Part shown: positions 36,455-45,661 of the stretch, one piece after another
Layout: each line of letters opens with the position of its first letter
Position numbering within the stretch: position 1 is the stretch's first letter
Assembly: GCA_009837355.1 (NCBI GenBank)
Contig: VXTR01000056.1
Coordinates: forward strand, 589 to 64,588
DNA: 64,000 nt
Origin: Chloroflexota bacterium
GTDB taxonomy: Bacteria; Chloroflexota; Dehalococcoidia; Lucifugimonadales; UBA3495
Direction of reading: 5' to 3'
The notes under the pieces: model-generated
Databases searched by the model: none
What the model was told of the DNA's origin: nothing
Seen by the model: the letters and a program-made list of their open reading frames with translations, nothing else
Program-made: the position numbers and the translations under genes

Positions 36455-37477
36455 CTACAACTCCTGCAAGTCTCTCACAATCCGCCGCAGCTGGGCTTGC
36501 TCCGCGTCGCTGGGCGTATCGAAGGAAAAGTGCATTTCGTCCACCAGGCCGCCGTACTTCTCCGCGAATTTCCCGGCGATTTCGTCGTACTCGCCAATGG
36601 TGGCGAAAGCGTTGAGCATCTCGTCCGGCACCAGGCCAGGCATCTCGTCCCACTTGCCCTCGCGCGACAGGCGATGCAGCTCCTTGCCGATGTCCTCAAA
36701 GCCGTGGCATTCCAGCACCGGGAAATAAGTGCGGGTGGATGAGTAAAAGGAGATGCGTCGCCGCGTCACCTCGGCCTGCTGCCGGATGGCCTCACGGTTC
36801 GGGCCGGTAACGATAAAGCCGCCGCCCACGATGGTAACGTCCTCCGGGTTGCGTCCGGCCCGCCGCGCGCCCTCCGCCACGTTGGGCTTGACCATCTGCC
36901 GGATGTATTCCGGCGAGGTCAGGCTGTGCAGCATCAGCCCGTCTGCGACCTCGCCGGCCACCAGGCAGTTGTAGCCGTTCACGGCGGCGGTGAACACTTC
37001 GGGCGGGTTGTACTCGCTGGGGCCTGGGCTGAAGAAGGGCGTCATCAGCGAGAACTGGTAGAAATCGCCGTCGTATTCCAGGTTGCTGCCGGTATCCCAG
37101 CAGTTCCAGATGGCCCGCAGCGACTGCACGTACTCGCGCAGCCGTGAACCCGCCGAGCCGGTCCAGCGAGTCGAAAACCGCCGCTCGATGTGTCCCTTGA
37201 CCTGCGTGCCCAAACCCAGGCGGAACCGTCCGGCGCTGCCGTCCTGCAGGTCGCGGGCGGTATAGGCCACCACCATGGGCGAGCGCGGGAAGGCGATGGC
37301 CACGTGGGTCTCCAGCGTAACCCGGCTGGTGGACGTGGCAGCCACCGCCAGCGGCAAGAACGAATCGTGCGCCGTCTCGTTGGTGGACACGCCGTCGTAG
37401 CCCATACCCTCCGCCCAGGCCGCCTCAGCAGCCACAGCATTAAGGTCGCGGGATTTCAGAGAATAAACAACACGCAT
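36455..37477 (-). CDS. LLM-class (probably F420-dependent) oxidoreductase
   Basis: Start MRVVYSLKSRDL at 37477, with GAGGAG upstream. It carries the luciferase-like TIM-barrel pattern (..GYDGVSTNETAHD.., ..FRLGLGTQV..). The longer listed ORF would overlap the MNT gene. Confidence 0.8.
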   Translation of the reverse strand: MRVVYSLKSRDLNAVAAEAAWAEGMGYDGVSTNETAHDSFLPLAVAATSTSRVTLETHVAIAFPRSPMVVAYTARDLQDGSAGRFRLGLGTQVKGHIERRFSTRWTGSAGSRLREYVQSLRAIWNCWDTGSNLEYDGDFYQFSLMTPFFSPGPSEYNPPEVFTAAVNGYNCLVAGEVADGLMLHSLTSPEYIRQMVKPNVAEGARRAGRNPEDVTIVGGGFIVTGPNREAIRQQAEVTRRRISFYSSTRTYFPVLECHGFEDIGKELHRLSREGKWDEMPGLVPDEMLNAFATIGEYDEIAGKFAEKYGGLVDEMHFSFDTPSDAEQAQLRRIVRDLQEL

Positions 37478-37499
37478 GGGGGGTGGCTCCTCGTCCAGT

Positions 37500-37820
37500 T
37501 TAGATAGCGTCATTTTGTCGGTGGTAAATTGCAATACCGAAATCGTCAATATGCCGTTTGAACGGCGCGTACTGGATGCTCTCGTAGGCCTGCACCTCAC
37601 ACGTTTGTGGTATGTCCAAATCCTCAAGGTCCAGCGCCAGCCGACCCAGTCGGTAATGGTCGGTGATGCCGTGGGTAGCCAGGTCAAAGTCGGAGCGCGG
37701 CGTCGCCTTTCCGGTGGCTCGAGAGCCGTGCAGCGTTACCGACGTCAACTCCGGGTAGGTGGCGAAAACCCGCTTCATTTTCTCCCAAGTTGCCGGCGGA
37801 ATGTCGGGAATGCGCGTCAT
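37500..37820 (-). CDS. MNT-type minimal nucleotidyltransferase (type VII antitoxin-like)
   Basis: LHGSRATGKATPRSDFDLA matches the GSx10DxD nucleotidyltransferase motif. Its ATG overlaps the HEPN stop (ATGA). Confidence 0.8.
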   Translation of the reverse strand: MTRIPDIPPATWEKMKRVFATYPELTSVTLHGSRATGKATPRSDFDLATHGITDHYRLGRLALDLEDLDIPQTCEVQAYESIQYAPFKRHIDDFGIAIYHRQNDAI

Positions 37821-38230
37821 TCCAGCGCCTCTAAACCGAACCGCTGGTACAGGTCATCCAAAAGTGCCAGGTAACGATTGCGGATATTTTCAATCACGGT
37901 TTCAAATCTGGCAAAGTCGTAAGTGTGGGACATCAGGTTGCGGTCGGTGAGCATATCGGTCCAGGCTGCGCCGTCGGTAATCAACTTGGCCGCAAAGGCT
38001 TCCCTAATCACGTTGCGGGGCGTAACCGTAGCCAAAACAACGCCATCGTATTCCAAGCGGTCTTTCAGCGTCAGCCACGCCAGTTCAAAGGTGTATTCGA
38101 ACCGTTGGATGACGCCTTCACGCTCCAGTTCGTTGAGCTCCGCAACTTCCCGCTCCAACGCCTCGCGCAACAGTGTGTAGGCCCGGGAGAAGTTGCGGAA
38201 GCGATAATGCCAGCGTACTTCTGTGGACAT
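37817..38230 (-). CDS. HEPN-domain protein, HI0074-family nucleotidyltransferase substrate-binding subunit (toxin-like)
   Basis: 137 aa with the Rx4H motif (RNLMSH) and the typical ..QRFEYTFELAWLTLKD.. helix. Confidence 0.8.
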   Translation of the reverse strand: MSTEVRWHYRFRNFSRAYTLLREALEREVAELNELEREGVIQRFEYTFELAWLTLKDRLEYDGVVLATVTPRNVIREAFAAKLITDGAAWTDMLTDRNLMSHTYDFARFETVIENIRNRYLALLDDLYQRFGLEALE

Positions 38231-38257
38231 CTGAGTACACCCGGTTCGCGTTTACCC

Positions 38258-38611
38258 CTACGCCGTCACCCGCTCCGCATACAACTGGTCCGTTTTGGCC
38301 GCCATGATGAAGTCGTTGCGGTGCAGGCTGCGGATTTTGTGCGTCCACCACGTTACGCTGACCCGGCCCCACTCGGTGGTCAGACGCGGATGGTGCCCCT
38401 CGGATTCGGCCAGCTCGCCCAGCGCGTTGGTGAACTCCAGCGCGTCCACGAAGTTGGCGAACTTGAACTGCCGGTCCAACTTGGGAATGCCGGACTCGTC
38501 AATCAGCGCCCAATCGTTCACCGCCGGATGCAGCTCGGCGACTTCCGCCTCGGTAACGTGGGGCGAATCCCGCCGGCAGGCCGTGCATCTTTCACTGTAC
38601 AGCTCAGCCAT
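38258..38611 (-). CDS. pterin-4a-carbinolamine dehydratase
   Basis: ..F.F.NF..A..F.N.....AE..GHHP.L...W..V.V.W.TH.. pattern, 117 aa. Confidence 0.85.
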   Translation of the reverse strand: MAELYSERCTACRRDSPHVTEAEVAELHPAVNDWALIDESGIPKLDRQFKFANFVDALEFTNALGELAESEGHHPRLTTEWGRVSVTWWTHKIRSLHRNDFIMAAKTDQLYAERVTA

Positions 38612-38755
38612 CTCAAACCTCCTGCAATTCCTGGCGCAATTCTAGCATAGTTGAGCGTCGGCCCCGGCTGGGGTATAGTTTTCGCCGACTCTACGCCGCT
38701 ATCTATTTCCGGCATTCCCGAGCAGACGGGAATCCAGGGAACCGGGAGGCACAGC

Positions 38756-39571
38756 ATGATTTACGGCGCGATTACCAACTCCTGGCGCAACCAGCTGGAC
38801 GACACCGACCTGGGCGACCTGATTGCCGAGGCCCAGGCCTGCGGCTCGCGCCACATCGAACTCCGCCAAACCTGCCTAGGCGCCGCCGAATCCGGCGAGG
38901 GAGACGCCTGGCGCCCCAACTTGGAAGCTTTGGCCGGCGTCGTGGTCCGTTTCCCCAACCTCACCTTTGACCTCGCCGTGGCCCTGCCCTGCTTCACCAC
39001 CGACATCGATCCCCACGGTGGGTTGTACCAGTCCCAGCTGGAGGCGGCGCGCCTCGTTGGCCGAGGCCAGCCCCACTTGCGCACCGTTGACCCCGGCGCC
39101 ACGGATACCCCCTGGGAAACGCTGGCCGACGTTGCCGACGCCACGGCCCGCATTGTGCCACTGGTGCGTGAGGCCGCCCGACAGGGCGTCATATTCTCCA
39201 TGGAAAACTCCGGCCAGCCCCTGCGCTCCATGGCCCTGCTAGTGCAGGAAGCTCGCGCCCAGCTGACCGACGAGGAAGGCCAATACCTGGGCTTGTGTAC
39301 CGACCCGGCCAACCAGCTGCGCCGCCATCCCGACAGCTATCCCCTGGACGAGCTGGCCAGCCTGCCCGCCGATTACATCAAGATTGTCCACTTCAAGCAA
39401 GCCCGCGATGGCGTCGCAATCGGCAGCGTTGACGACGGCGACCTGGACTGCCGCGCCATGCTCCGCATCCTGCAGGGCAAAGCCTACGACGGTCCCGCCG
39501 TCATGGAGATTCCCTCCGCCGACGACGTGTTCGACAACCTGGCCGACAGCTTTGCCTACCTTGACGCCTGA
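38756..39571 (+). CDS. sugar-phosphate isomerase/epimerase (xylose-isomerase-like TIM barrel) family protein
   Basis: GGGAGG lies 6 nt before ATG 38756. ..IFSMENSG.. and ..HFKQA.. are metal-ligand-like motifs. Confidence 0.6.
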   Translation: MIYGAITNSWRNQLDDTDLGDLIAEAQACGSRHIELRQTCLGAAESGEGDAWRPNLEALAGVVVRFPNLTFDLAVALPCFTTDIDPHGGLYQSQLEAARLVGRGQPHLRTVDPGATDTPWETLADVADATARIVPLVREAARQGVIFSMENSGQPLRSMALLVQEARAQLTDEEGQYLGLCTDPANQLRRHPDSYPLDELASLPADYIKIVHFKQARDGVAIGSVDDGDLDCRAMLRILQGKAYDGPAVMEIPSADDVFDNLADSFAYLDA

Positions 39572-39575
39572 CCCC

Positions 39576-40922
39576 ATGACCGAGCACAGCGACTACACGG
39601 TCTCCATCCACTACGACCGTCGGCTCTATCGGCAGGACATCGCCGGTTCCAAGGCCCATGCCGCCATGCTGGCCCGGCAGGGGATTATCACCCAGGACGA
39701 CGCCGATAGCATCATCGCCGGTCTGGGCCAGGTGCAAGATGAAATCGAGGGCGGCCAATTTCCCTGGGATCCTAGCCTCGAAGACCTGCACATGAACATC
39801 GAGCGCCGGCTCACCGACCTCATCGGACCCGCCGCCGGCCGTCTGCATACCGGGCGCTCCCGCAACGACCAGATTTCGCTGGATATGCGGCTGTACACCC
39901 GCGAGGCCATTGCCGATACCATCAGTGCCTTGCGCGGCGTGCAGCGCAGCCTGGTCGGCCTGGCGGAAAAGCACGCCGGCGTCGTGATGCCCGGCTACAC
40001 CCATTTGCAGCGCGCCCAGCCCGTGCTCTTCGCCCACCATATGCTGGCCTACTTCGAGATGCTCCAGCGGGACATCGGCCGCTTTACCGACTGCGCCGCC
40101 CGCATGGACGTGCTGCCCCTGGGCAGCGGGGCGCTGGCCGGCGTTCCGTACCCCACCGACCGCCACGCCGTGGCCGAAGCGCTGGGATTCAGCGAAATCA
40201 GCCCCAACAGCATGGACGCCGTGGCCGACCGGGATTTCATCGTGGAATACCAGTCGGCGGCGGCCATTACCATGCTGCACCTGTCGCGGCTGTCCGAGGA
40301 AATCGTCATCTGGTCCAGCCGGGAGTTCGACTTTGTGCGCCTGGCCGACGACTTCACCACCGGCAGCAGCATCATGCCCCAGAAGCGCAACCCCGACTTC
40401 GCCGAAATCGCCCGGGGGAAAACCGGCCGGGTCTATGGCAGCCTGATGGCCATTCTTACCGTGCTGAAGGGGCTGCCCCTCACCTACAACCGGGACTTGC
40501 AGGAGGACAAGGAGGGCTTCTTTGACACCGTGGACACCCTGCTGTCCACTCTGCGCGTCTTTGCCGATATGCTCCCCGGCATGACTCTGAACGCGGCGCG
40601 GGTGGAATCGCTGGCCGGCGAAAGCTACATGCTGGCTACCGATATGGCCGACTACCTGGTCGGCAAGGGCGTACCCTTCCGCGAGGCCCACGGCGTGATG
40701 CGTCGGCTGTGCCAGCATTGCGAGTCCGCCGGCATATCTCTATCCGACTTGCCTCTTTCCGAGTATCGCGAGTTTTCGCCCCACTTCGCCGAGGACGTGT
40801 ACGATATTACTGCCGCTGCGTCCGTAGCCGCCCGCGACAATCCCGGTGGCACCGCTCCCAACCGCGTGGCCGACGCCCTGGCTCGCGCCAAAACGATACT
40901 GGAGGAGGCTGCCGCAACATGA
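39576..40922 (+). CDS. argH: argininosuccinate lyase (N-terminally short)
   Basis: Motifs HTGRSRNDQ, GYTHLQRAQP and GSSIMPQKRNPD (fumarate-lyase signature). The first Met leaves no WGGRF-type N-terminus. Confidence 0.88.
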   Translation: MTEHSDYTVSIHYDRRLYRQDIAGSKAHAAMLARQGIITQDDADSIIAGLGQVQDEIEGGQFPWDPSLEDLHMNIERRLTDLIGPAAGRLHTGRSRNDQISLDMRLYTREAIADTISALRGVQRSLVGLAEKHAGVVMPGYTHLQRAQPVLFAHHMLAYFEMLQRDIGRFTDCAARMDVLPLGSGALAGVPYPTDRHAVAEALGFSEISPNSMDAVADRDFIVEYQSAAAITMLHLSRLSEEIVIWSSREFDFVRLADDFTTGSSIMPQKRNPDFAEIARGKTGRVYGSLMAILTVLKGLPLTYNRDLQEDKEGFFDTVDTLLSTLRVFADMLPGMTLNAARVESLAGESYMLATDMADYLVGKGVPFREAHGVMRRLCQHCESAGISLSDLPLSEYREFSPHFAEDVYDITAAASVAARDNPGGTAPNRVADALARAKTILEEAAAT

Positions 40923-41617
40923 CCGCCACCGCCAATCATGTCCAAATCGCGCCGTCCGTGCTGGCGGCGGATTTCGGCCGGCTGGCCCAACAGGTGCGGG
41001 ACGCCGATGCCGCCGGCGCCGACCTGATTCACGTGGACGTGATGGACGGCCGCTTCGTGCCCAACATCTCCTTCGGCGAGGTCGTCGTTGACGCCATCCG
41101 CAGCGCCACCGACCTGCCCTTGAACTTGCACTTGATGGTGCACGAACCCGACCGCCTGCTGCCCGGCTTGATGAAGAGCGCTGCCGACCAAGTGCTGGTG
41201 CACGCGGAAGCCTGCGCTCACCTGCACCGGACGGTTGGCTACGTCAAGGAGCAGGGCAGCCAGGTTGGGGTCGCCATCAACCCGGCCACGCCCATTGCGG
41301 CGGTGGAGGAGGTGCTGCCCGACCTGGACATCGTGCTGGTGATGACGGTTAATCCCGGTTTCGGCGGCCAGTCATTCATCCCGTCGGCGTTGGCCAAGCT
41401 GCGGCGTCTGCACCGCATAATTCAGGAGAAGGGCTACCACGCCAAACTGGAAGTGGACGGAGGGGTCAAAGCCGACGCCACGGCCCGTGATTCGGTGGCC
41501 GCCGGGGCGGAGATTCTGGTGGCCGGAACTGCCATCTTCAACCGGGAGCAGTCCGTGGCCGAGGCCATGGCCGCCCTGCGCGCCAGCGTGGACGGGCTGG
41601 CTCCAGGCAAAACGTAA
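40919..41617 (+). CDS. rpe: ribulose-phosphate 3-epimerase
   Basis: ..IAPSVLAADF..L......AGAD.IHVDVMDG.FVPN.., ..MTVNPGFGGQ.F.. Its ATG overlaps the argH stop (ATGA). Confidence 0.92.
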   Translation: MTATANHVQIAPSVLAADFGRLAQQVRDADAAGADLIHVDVMDGRFVPNISFGEVVVDAIRSATDLPLNLHLMVHEPDRLLPGLMKSAADQVLVHAEACAHLHRTVGYVKEQGSQVGVAINPATPIAAVEEVLPDLDIVLVMTVNPGFGGQSFIPSALAKLRRLHRIIQEKGYHAKLEVDGGVKADATARDSVAAGAEILVAGTAIFNREQSVAEAMAALRASVDGLAPGKT

Positions 41618-41642
41618 GGGCAGGTCTCAAACCCGCCCTTAC
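41614..41642. terminator. hairpin GTAAGGGC..GCCCTTAC shared by convergent rpe and rpmB
   Basis: 8-bp stem plus an inner GG/CC pair. On the minus strand it is followed by GTTTTG, giving a terminator-like structure for rpmB. It overlaps the rpe stop codon. Confidence 0.5.
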
Positions 41643-41665
41643 CGTACCGGCGCTTTGTTGCGGCC

Positions 41666-41884
41666 CTACGCCGCTGCTCTGGCTCTCGCCCGCGCCTTGG
41701 GCCCCCGGGGCGGCTTGTACATCGTCCGCAGGCACCGCGAGCAAATCTTGACCCGCGTGGGCTTGCCGTCGATGGCCAGGGTCTGCTTGTGAACGTTGGC
41801 CTTCCAGCGCGTCTTGGTCTTGCGGTTGGAGTGGCTCACGTTGTTGCCGGTCATGCCGGCTTTTCCGCACATTTGGCACTGCAT
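41666..41884 (-). CDS. rpmB: 50S ribosomal protein L28
   Basis: MQCQMCGKAGMTGNNVSHSNRKTKTRWKANV.. matches the L28 pattern, with a basic C-terminal extension. The SD is weak. Confidence 0.85.
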   Translation of the reverse strand: MQCQMCGKAGMTGNNVSHSNRKTKTRWKANVHKQTLAIDGKPTRVKICSRCLRTMYKPPRGPKARARARAAA

Positions 41885-42000
41885 GATTTCTAACCCGTCC
41901 GTTGATTGTGGCGGCATTATAGCACACTCGCTTGACTTGCCGCTGCCACTGCCGTTAAATGGCGGCATCCAACCACCGACCTACAGCAGGAGGATACAGC

Positions 42001-42345
42001 ATGGCTCTCGTCCGTTGCGTTACCGAGATGGGCATGGGCGTGGACGTTCACGGCCTGGACTATACCCTGGCGGCCAAGCGGGCCGTTTTCGACGCCATCC
42101 ATCACAGCAGCCTGGGGTTTGCCCGCCTGGTGGGCGCAACCGCCGATGACATGACGGTCAACGTTACTATCGGCGCGCCGGAACCCGACAAGGTCAACGC
42201 CGACGAAGTAGCCGACTCCCTCCCCCACGGCCGCGCCAACGTTGACGTCGTGGTCGGCGGGCTGCAACTCCTGAACGATGACGGCAGCGACGGCACCCTC
42301 ATCGCCAACGCCATCATCACCGTCAGCATCGAAGACGGCAAGTAG
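42001..42345 (+). CDS. Lin0512-family conserved hypothetical protein
   Basis: AGGAGG lies before ATG 42001. The ..EMGMGVDVHGLDYT.AAKRAV.DAI.. N-terminus matches my recollection of that family. Confidence 0.55.
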   Translation: MALVRCVTEMGMGVDVHGLDYTLAAKRAVFDAIHHSSLGFARLVGATADDMTVNVTIGAPEPDKVNADEVADSLPHGRANVDVVVGGLQLLNDDGSDGTLIANAIITVSIEDGK

Positions 42346-42405
42346 CATCAGGCACAAGCGGCGGCCCCGGGTTGCCGAACCAGACTGAGGGGCCGCACCA
42401 ATCCT

Positions 42406-43806
42406 GTGCGCTACGACCTGGCCATCATCGGCGCCGGCTCGGCGGGCTTAACTGCCGCCCGTTTTGCCGCCCGGCTGGGCAAGCGCATCGCCCTCATCGA
42501 GGCCAACCGGGTCGGCGGCGACTGCACCTGGACTGGCTGCGTGCCCAGCAAGGCCCTCCTCCACGCCGCCAGGGTCGCCCATGCCATACGCAACGCCGGG
42601 CGGTACGGCATTGCCGCCAGCGACCCGTCCGTAGATTTCAGGACCGTGATGTCCCGCATCCGCGCGGCGATTGAGCAGATTTACGCTGCGGAATCCCCGG
42701 ACGCGCTGCGGGCCGAGGGCATCGACGTGATTGAGGAGCGAGCGGAGTTCGCCGACTCTCGCACGGTATCGGCCGGCGGGCGACGCATCACCGCCAAACG
42801 CTTCCTGATTTGCACCGGGGCGTCGCCTTTCGTACCGCCCGTACCGGGGCTGACGGACGTGCCCTACCTGACCTACGAAACCTTCTGGCAGTTGGAATCA
42901 CTACCGTCCCGCCTGACTGTCATCGGGGGCGGGCCGATTGGGTGCGAGCTGGCCCAGGCGTGTCAGCGTCTTGGCTCGCAGGTTACGCTGGCGGAAGCAC
43001 TGCCGCGCATCTTGCCCAACGACGAACCCGACGCCGCCGCGATTGTCGCCAGCTCGCTACGGCGCGACGGGGTTGAGCTGCGCCTGTCGTCGCCGGTGGA
43101 ATCGGTGCGGCGCAGCGACGACGGCATAACCGTTACCGCTGCCGGCGATGATATTGCGGGCGACGGCTTGCTGGTGGCGTTGGGCCGGCGTCCCAACGTC
43201 GTCGGGCTGGGGTTGGAAGCCGCCGGGGTTGACTGCGGTGATGCCGGCATCGTCGTTGACGACTACCTGCGAACCGGCGCCAGGGACATCTACGCCGCCG
43301 GAGACTGTATTGGCGGTTTTCAGTTCACTCACTACGCCGGGTTCCAGGGCGCTATGGCTGTGCGCAATATGATGCTGCCCGGTCGTTCGCGGGCGCGGCC
43401 GGCGCATCCGCCCTGGGCCACGTTCACCGACCCGGAGGCCGCCCACGTTGGCTATACCGAGGAACAGGCGCGGCAGCAATTCGGCGACCAGACGCTGGTC
43501 TCAACGCTGCCGATGGAATCCATCGACCGCGCCGTTACCGACGACGCTGGCGATGGATTCATCAAGGTAGTGCATCGCAGCAACGGAACCGTGCTGGGAG
43601 CTACGGTGGTGGGGCGTCAGGCCGCCGAAGCGTTGCAGGGCTGGTCAATCGCCGCAGCGCGGGGCCTCAGAATGGGTCATGTGGCGCAGGTGATGCAAGC
43701 GTACCCATCACTGGCCACGGGCAACCAGCAAATCGCTTGGGACGCTTACCTGGACGGCCTGACGCAGGGGTTTGCCGGGCGCGCGCTACGGTGGTTGAGC
43801 CGTTAG
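42406..43806 (+). CDS. class-I FAD-dependent pyridine nucleotide-disulfide oxidoreductase
   Basis: YDLAIIGAGSAG, the redox-active GGDCTWTGCVPSK, a second dinucleotide fold, and a dimerisation domain. GTG start. No MerA-type C-terminal Cys pair. Confidence 0.85.
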   Translation: MRYDLAIIGAGSAGLTAARFAARLGKRIALIEANRVGGDCTWTGCVPSKALLHAARVAHAIRNAGRYGIAASDPSVDFRTVMSRIRAAIEQIYAAESPDALRAEGIDVIEERAEFADSRTVSAGGRRITAKRFLICTGASPFVPPVPGLTDVPYLTYETFWQLESLPSRLTVIGGGPIGCELAQACQRLGSQVTLAEALPRILPNDEPDAAAIVASSLRRDGVELRLSSPVESVRRSDDGITVTAAGDDIAGDGLLVALGRRPNVVGLGLEAAGVDCGDAGIVVDDYLRTGARDIYAAGDCIGGFQFTHYAGFQGAMAVRNMMLPGRSRARPAHPPWATFTDPEAAHVGYTEEQARQQFGDQTLVSTLPMESIDRAVTDDAGDGFIKVVHRSNGTVLGATVVGRQAAEALQGWSIAAARGLRMGHVAQVMQAYPSLATGNQQIAWDAYLDGLTQGFAGRALRWLSR

Positions 43807-43830
43807 CCGCCGCCACGGCCGGGCGTTGTT

Positions 43831-44031
43831 TTACTTGCCGCCCAGTTTCGCCCGCACTTCGTCAACTTCGGCGTTGCCGAGGATGCGGAATACGTTGATG
43901 CTCCGGTCTTCGACGGCTACGCCTTTCAGGGCGTGGCGGCCGTTCTTCATCGTGACCAACTCCATTGAGTCCTCAGCGATGTCGACCTTTCGCTTGAGCT
44001 TGACCGAGTAGGCCTGCAGGGGCCATTCCAT
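43831..44031 (-). CDS. small protein resembling a cysteine-less DUF5679-type domain
   Basis: AAGGAG lies 8 nt before ATG 44031. AYSVKLKRKVDI...VTMKNGRHALKGVAVEDRSINVFRILG follows the AYCVKCK...VTMKNGR.A.KG.CP.CG...FRI.G pattern with all four Cys replaced. Confidence 0.5.
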   Translation of the reverse strand: MEWPLQAYSVKLKRKVDIAEDSMELVTMKNGRHALKGVAVEDRSINVFRILGNAEVDEVRAKLGGK

Positions 44032-44240
44032 AATATTCACTCCTTTTGTGAGGTGAGTATCTCGCCAACCGGAGCAGGGCTTTACCCAGCGGCATCGCGG
44101 TTTGCTTTACCGCCGTGAGCAGGTTGCACCAGTAGCGATAAACTGTTTTACGCTAAACTTTGCCGGTTCGTCAATAAGGTTTGAGCCGATTTTGCAAATT
44201 TCTTATGTCAATCCCTTGATTGGCCCTGAAATCGGGGCGA

Positions 44241-45650
44241 TTACACCGGCGGACGGCGGTCAATGAACCGGGCAGCCTGCTCGTAGGCGTAGGCCACACG
44301 CAGGGCCGTCGCCTCGTCGAAGGGACGGCCGACTATCTGCAGGCCCATGGGCAGCCCTTCGTCGGAGAGACCGGAGGGAATGGATACCGCCGGCAATCCC
44401 GATACGTTGAAGGGGCCGGTGAAGCTGGGCTGCGTCAGGGTGGTTCCGCCGGCGTAGCCTTCGATTTTCGGCGCGGGCGAGGCGTAGGTGGGGGTTACCA
44501 AGACGTCGGCCTGGTGCAGGGCGTCGGCCATTTCGTCCTTGATGACCCGACGCATCCGCAGGGCCTGGTTGTAGTCGGATGCCGACAGCAGCCCGCCCAG
44601 CAGGAAGCGGTTGCGCACCATGTCGCCGTAATCGTGTCGCCGGGTCTTCAAGTTGGCCTCGTGGAAGGAATAGGCTTCGGACATCATGATGACCTGATTG
44701 GCGGCCTGGGCGTACTTGATGTGGGGAATCTCCACGTCGCGGATATCCGCGCCCAGCTCCGAGAGGGCTTCCAAGGCTCGCTCGGCCGCCTCAATCACCT
44801 GAACGTCCACGCCGGGCGCTTCTTCGTAGAAGTACTCGCGGGGCACGCCAACGGTGAGGCCGCGCACGCCGTCGCGCAGGGCGGCGAGGTAGTCCGGCAC
44901 CGGCACGTCGGCCGTGGTGGGATCCCTGGGGTCGTGGCCGGCGATGGCCTGGAGCATGATGGCCGTGTCTTCCACCGTCCAGGTCATGGGGCCGCAGTGG
45001 TCCTGGGACCAGGACAGGGGCACCACGCCGTAGTTGCTGACGCGCCCGAAAGTGGGCTTGATGCCCACGATGCCGCACATTGACGCCGGCCCCCGGATGC
45101 TGCCGCCGGTGTCCGAGCCCAGCGCGCCCATGCACAGGCCGGCGGCCACCGCCGCGCCGGAGCCGCTGCTGCTGCTGCTGCCGCCGGGCATATGCTCGGT
45201 GTTCCACGGATTGCGGGCCGGCGGGAACAGGCTGGTGAAGTCGGGGCCGCCCAGGGCGAACTCGTGCATTGCCAGCTTGCCCAGCAGCACCACGCCGGCC
45301 TCGTACAGCTTGGCGACGGTGGTGGCGTCCTCGTCGGGCACCCGGTCGGGGGTTACCCGGGACATGGCGGTGGTCTTGATGCCGGCGGTGTCGTACAGGT
45401 CTTTCAGGGCGATGGGCACGCCGTGGAGCGGCCCGCGGTAGTTGCCGGCGCGGATTTCCGCCTCGGCCTGGCGGGCCTGAGACAGGGCCAGATCCGACGT
45501 GAGGGTTACGTAGGAATCCAGCCGGCCGTCGATGGCCTCGATGCGGTCGAGGTAGGCGCGGGTCAGCTCCACGGGCGACAGGTCGCCGGAAGCGATGAGC
45601 GGCGCCGCCTCGCCGATGGTCAGGTAGTGCAGTTCGCCCGGTGCGGCCAT
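44241..45650 (-). CDS. amidase-signature family amidase (AtzE-like context)
   Basis: GVPIALKDLYD and an extended signature, GGSSSSSGSGAAVAA. A small GatC/AtzG-like ORF lies 11 nt upstream. Confidence 0.85.
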   Translation of the reverse strand: MAAPGELHYLTIGEAAPLIASGDLSPVELTRAYLDRIEAIDGRLDSYVTLTSDLALSQARQAEAEIRAGNYRGPLHGVPIALKDLYDTAGIKTTAMSRVTPDRVPDEDATTVAKLYEAGVVLLGKLAMHEFALGGPDFTSLFPPARNPWNTEHMPGGSSSSSGSGAAVAAGLCMGALGSDTGGSIRGPASMCGIVGIKPTFGRVSNYGVVPLSWSQDHCGPMTWTVEDTAIMLQAIAGHDPRDPTTADVPVPDYLAALRDGVRGLTVGVPREYFYEEAPGVDVQVIEAAERALEALSELGADIRDVEIPHIKYAQAANQVIMMSEAYSFHEANLKTRRHDYGDMVRNRFLLGGLLSASDYNQALRMRRVIKDEMADALHQADVLVTPTYASPAPKIEGYAGGTTLTQPSFTGPFNVSGLPAVSIPSGLSDEGLPMGLQIVGRPFDEATALRVAYAYEQAARFIDRRPPV

Positions 45651-45661
45651 TGCTCGCCTCC

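Noticed and set aside
42406-43806. Calling the FAD disulfide oxidoreductase a mercuric reductase (MerA).
   Set aside because: It has no C-terminal Cys pair and no NmerA/HMA domain, and there are no mer operon genes nearby. Only the generic class-I CxxxxC redox centre is present.
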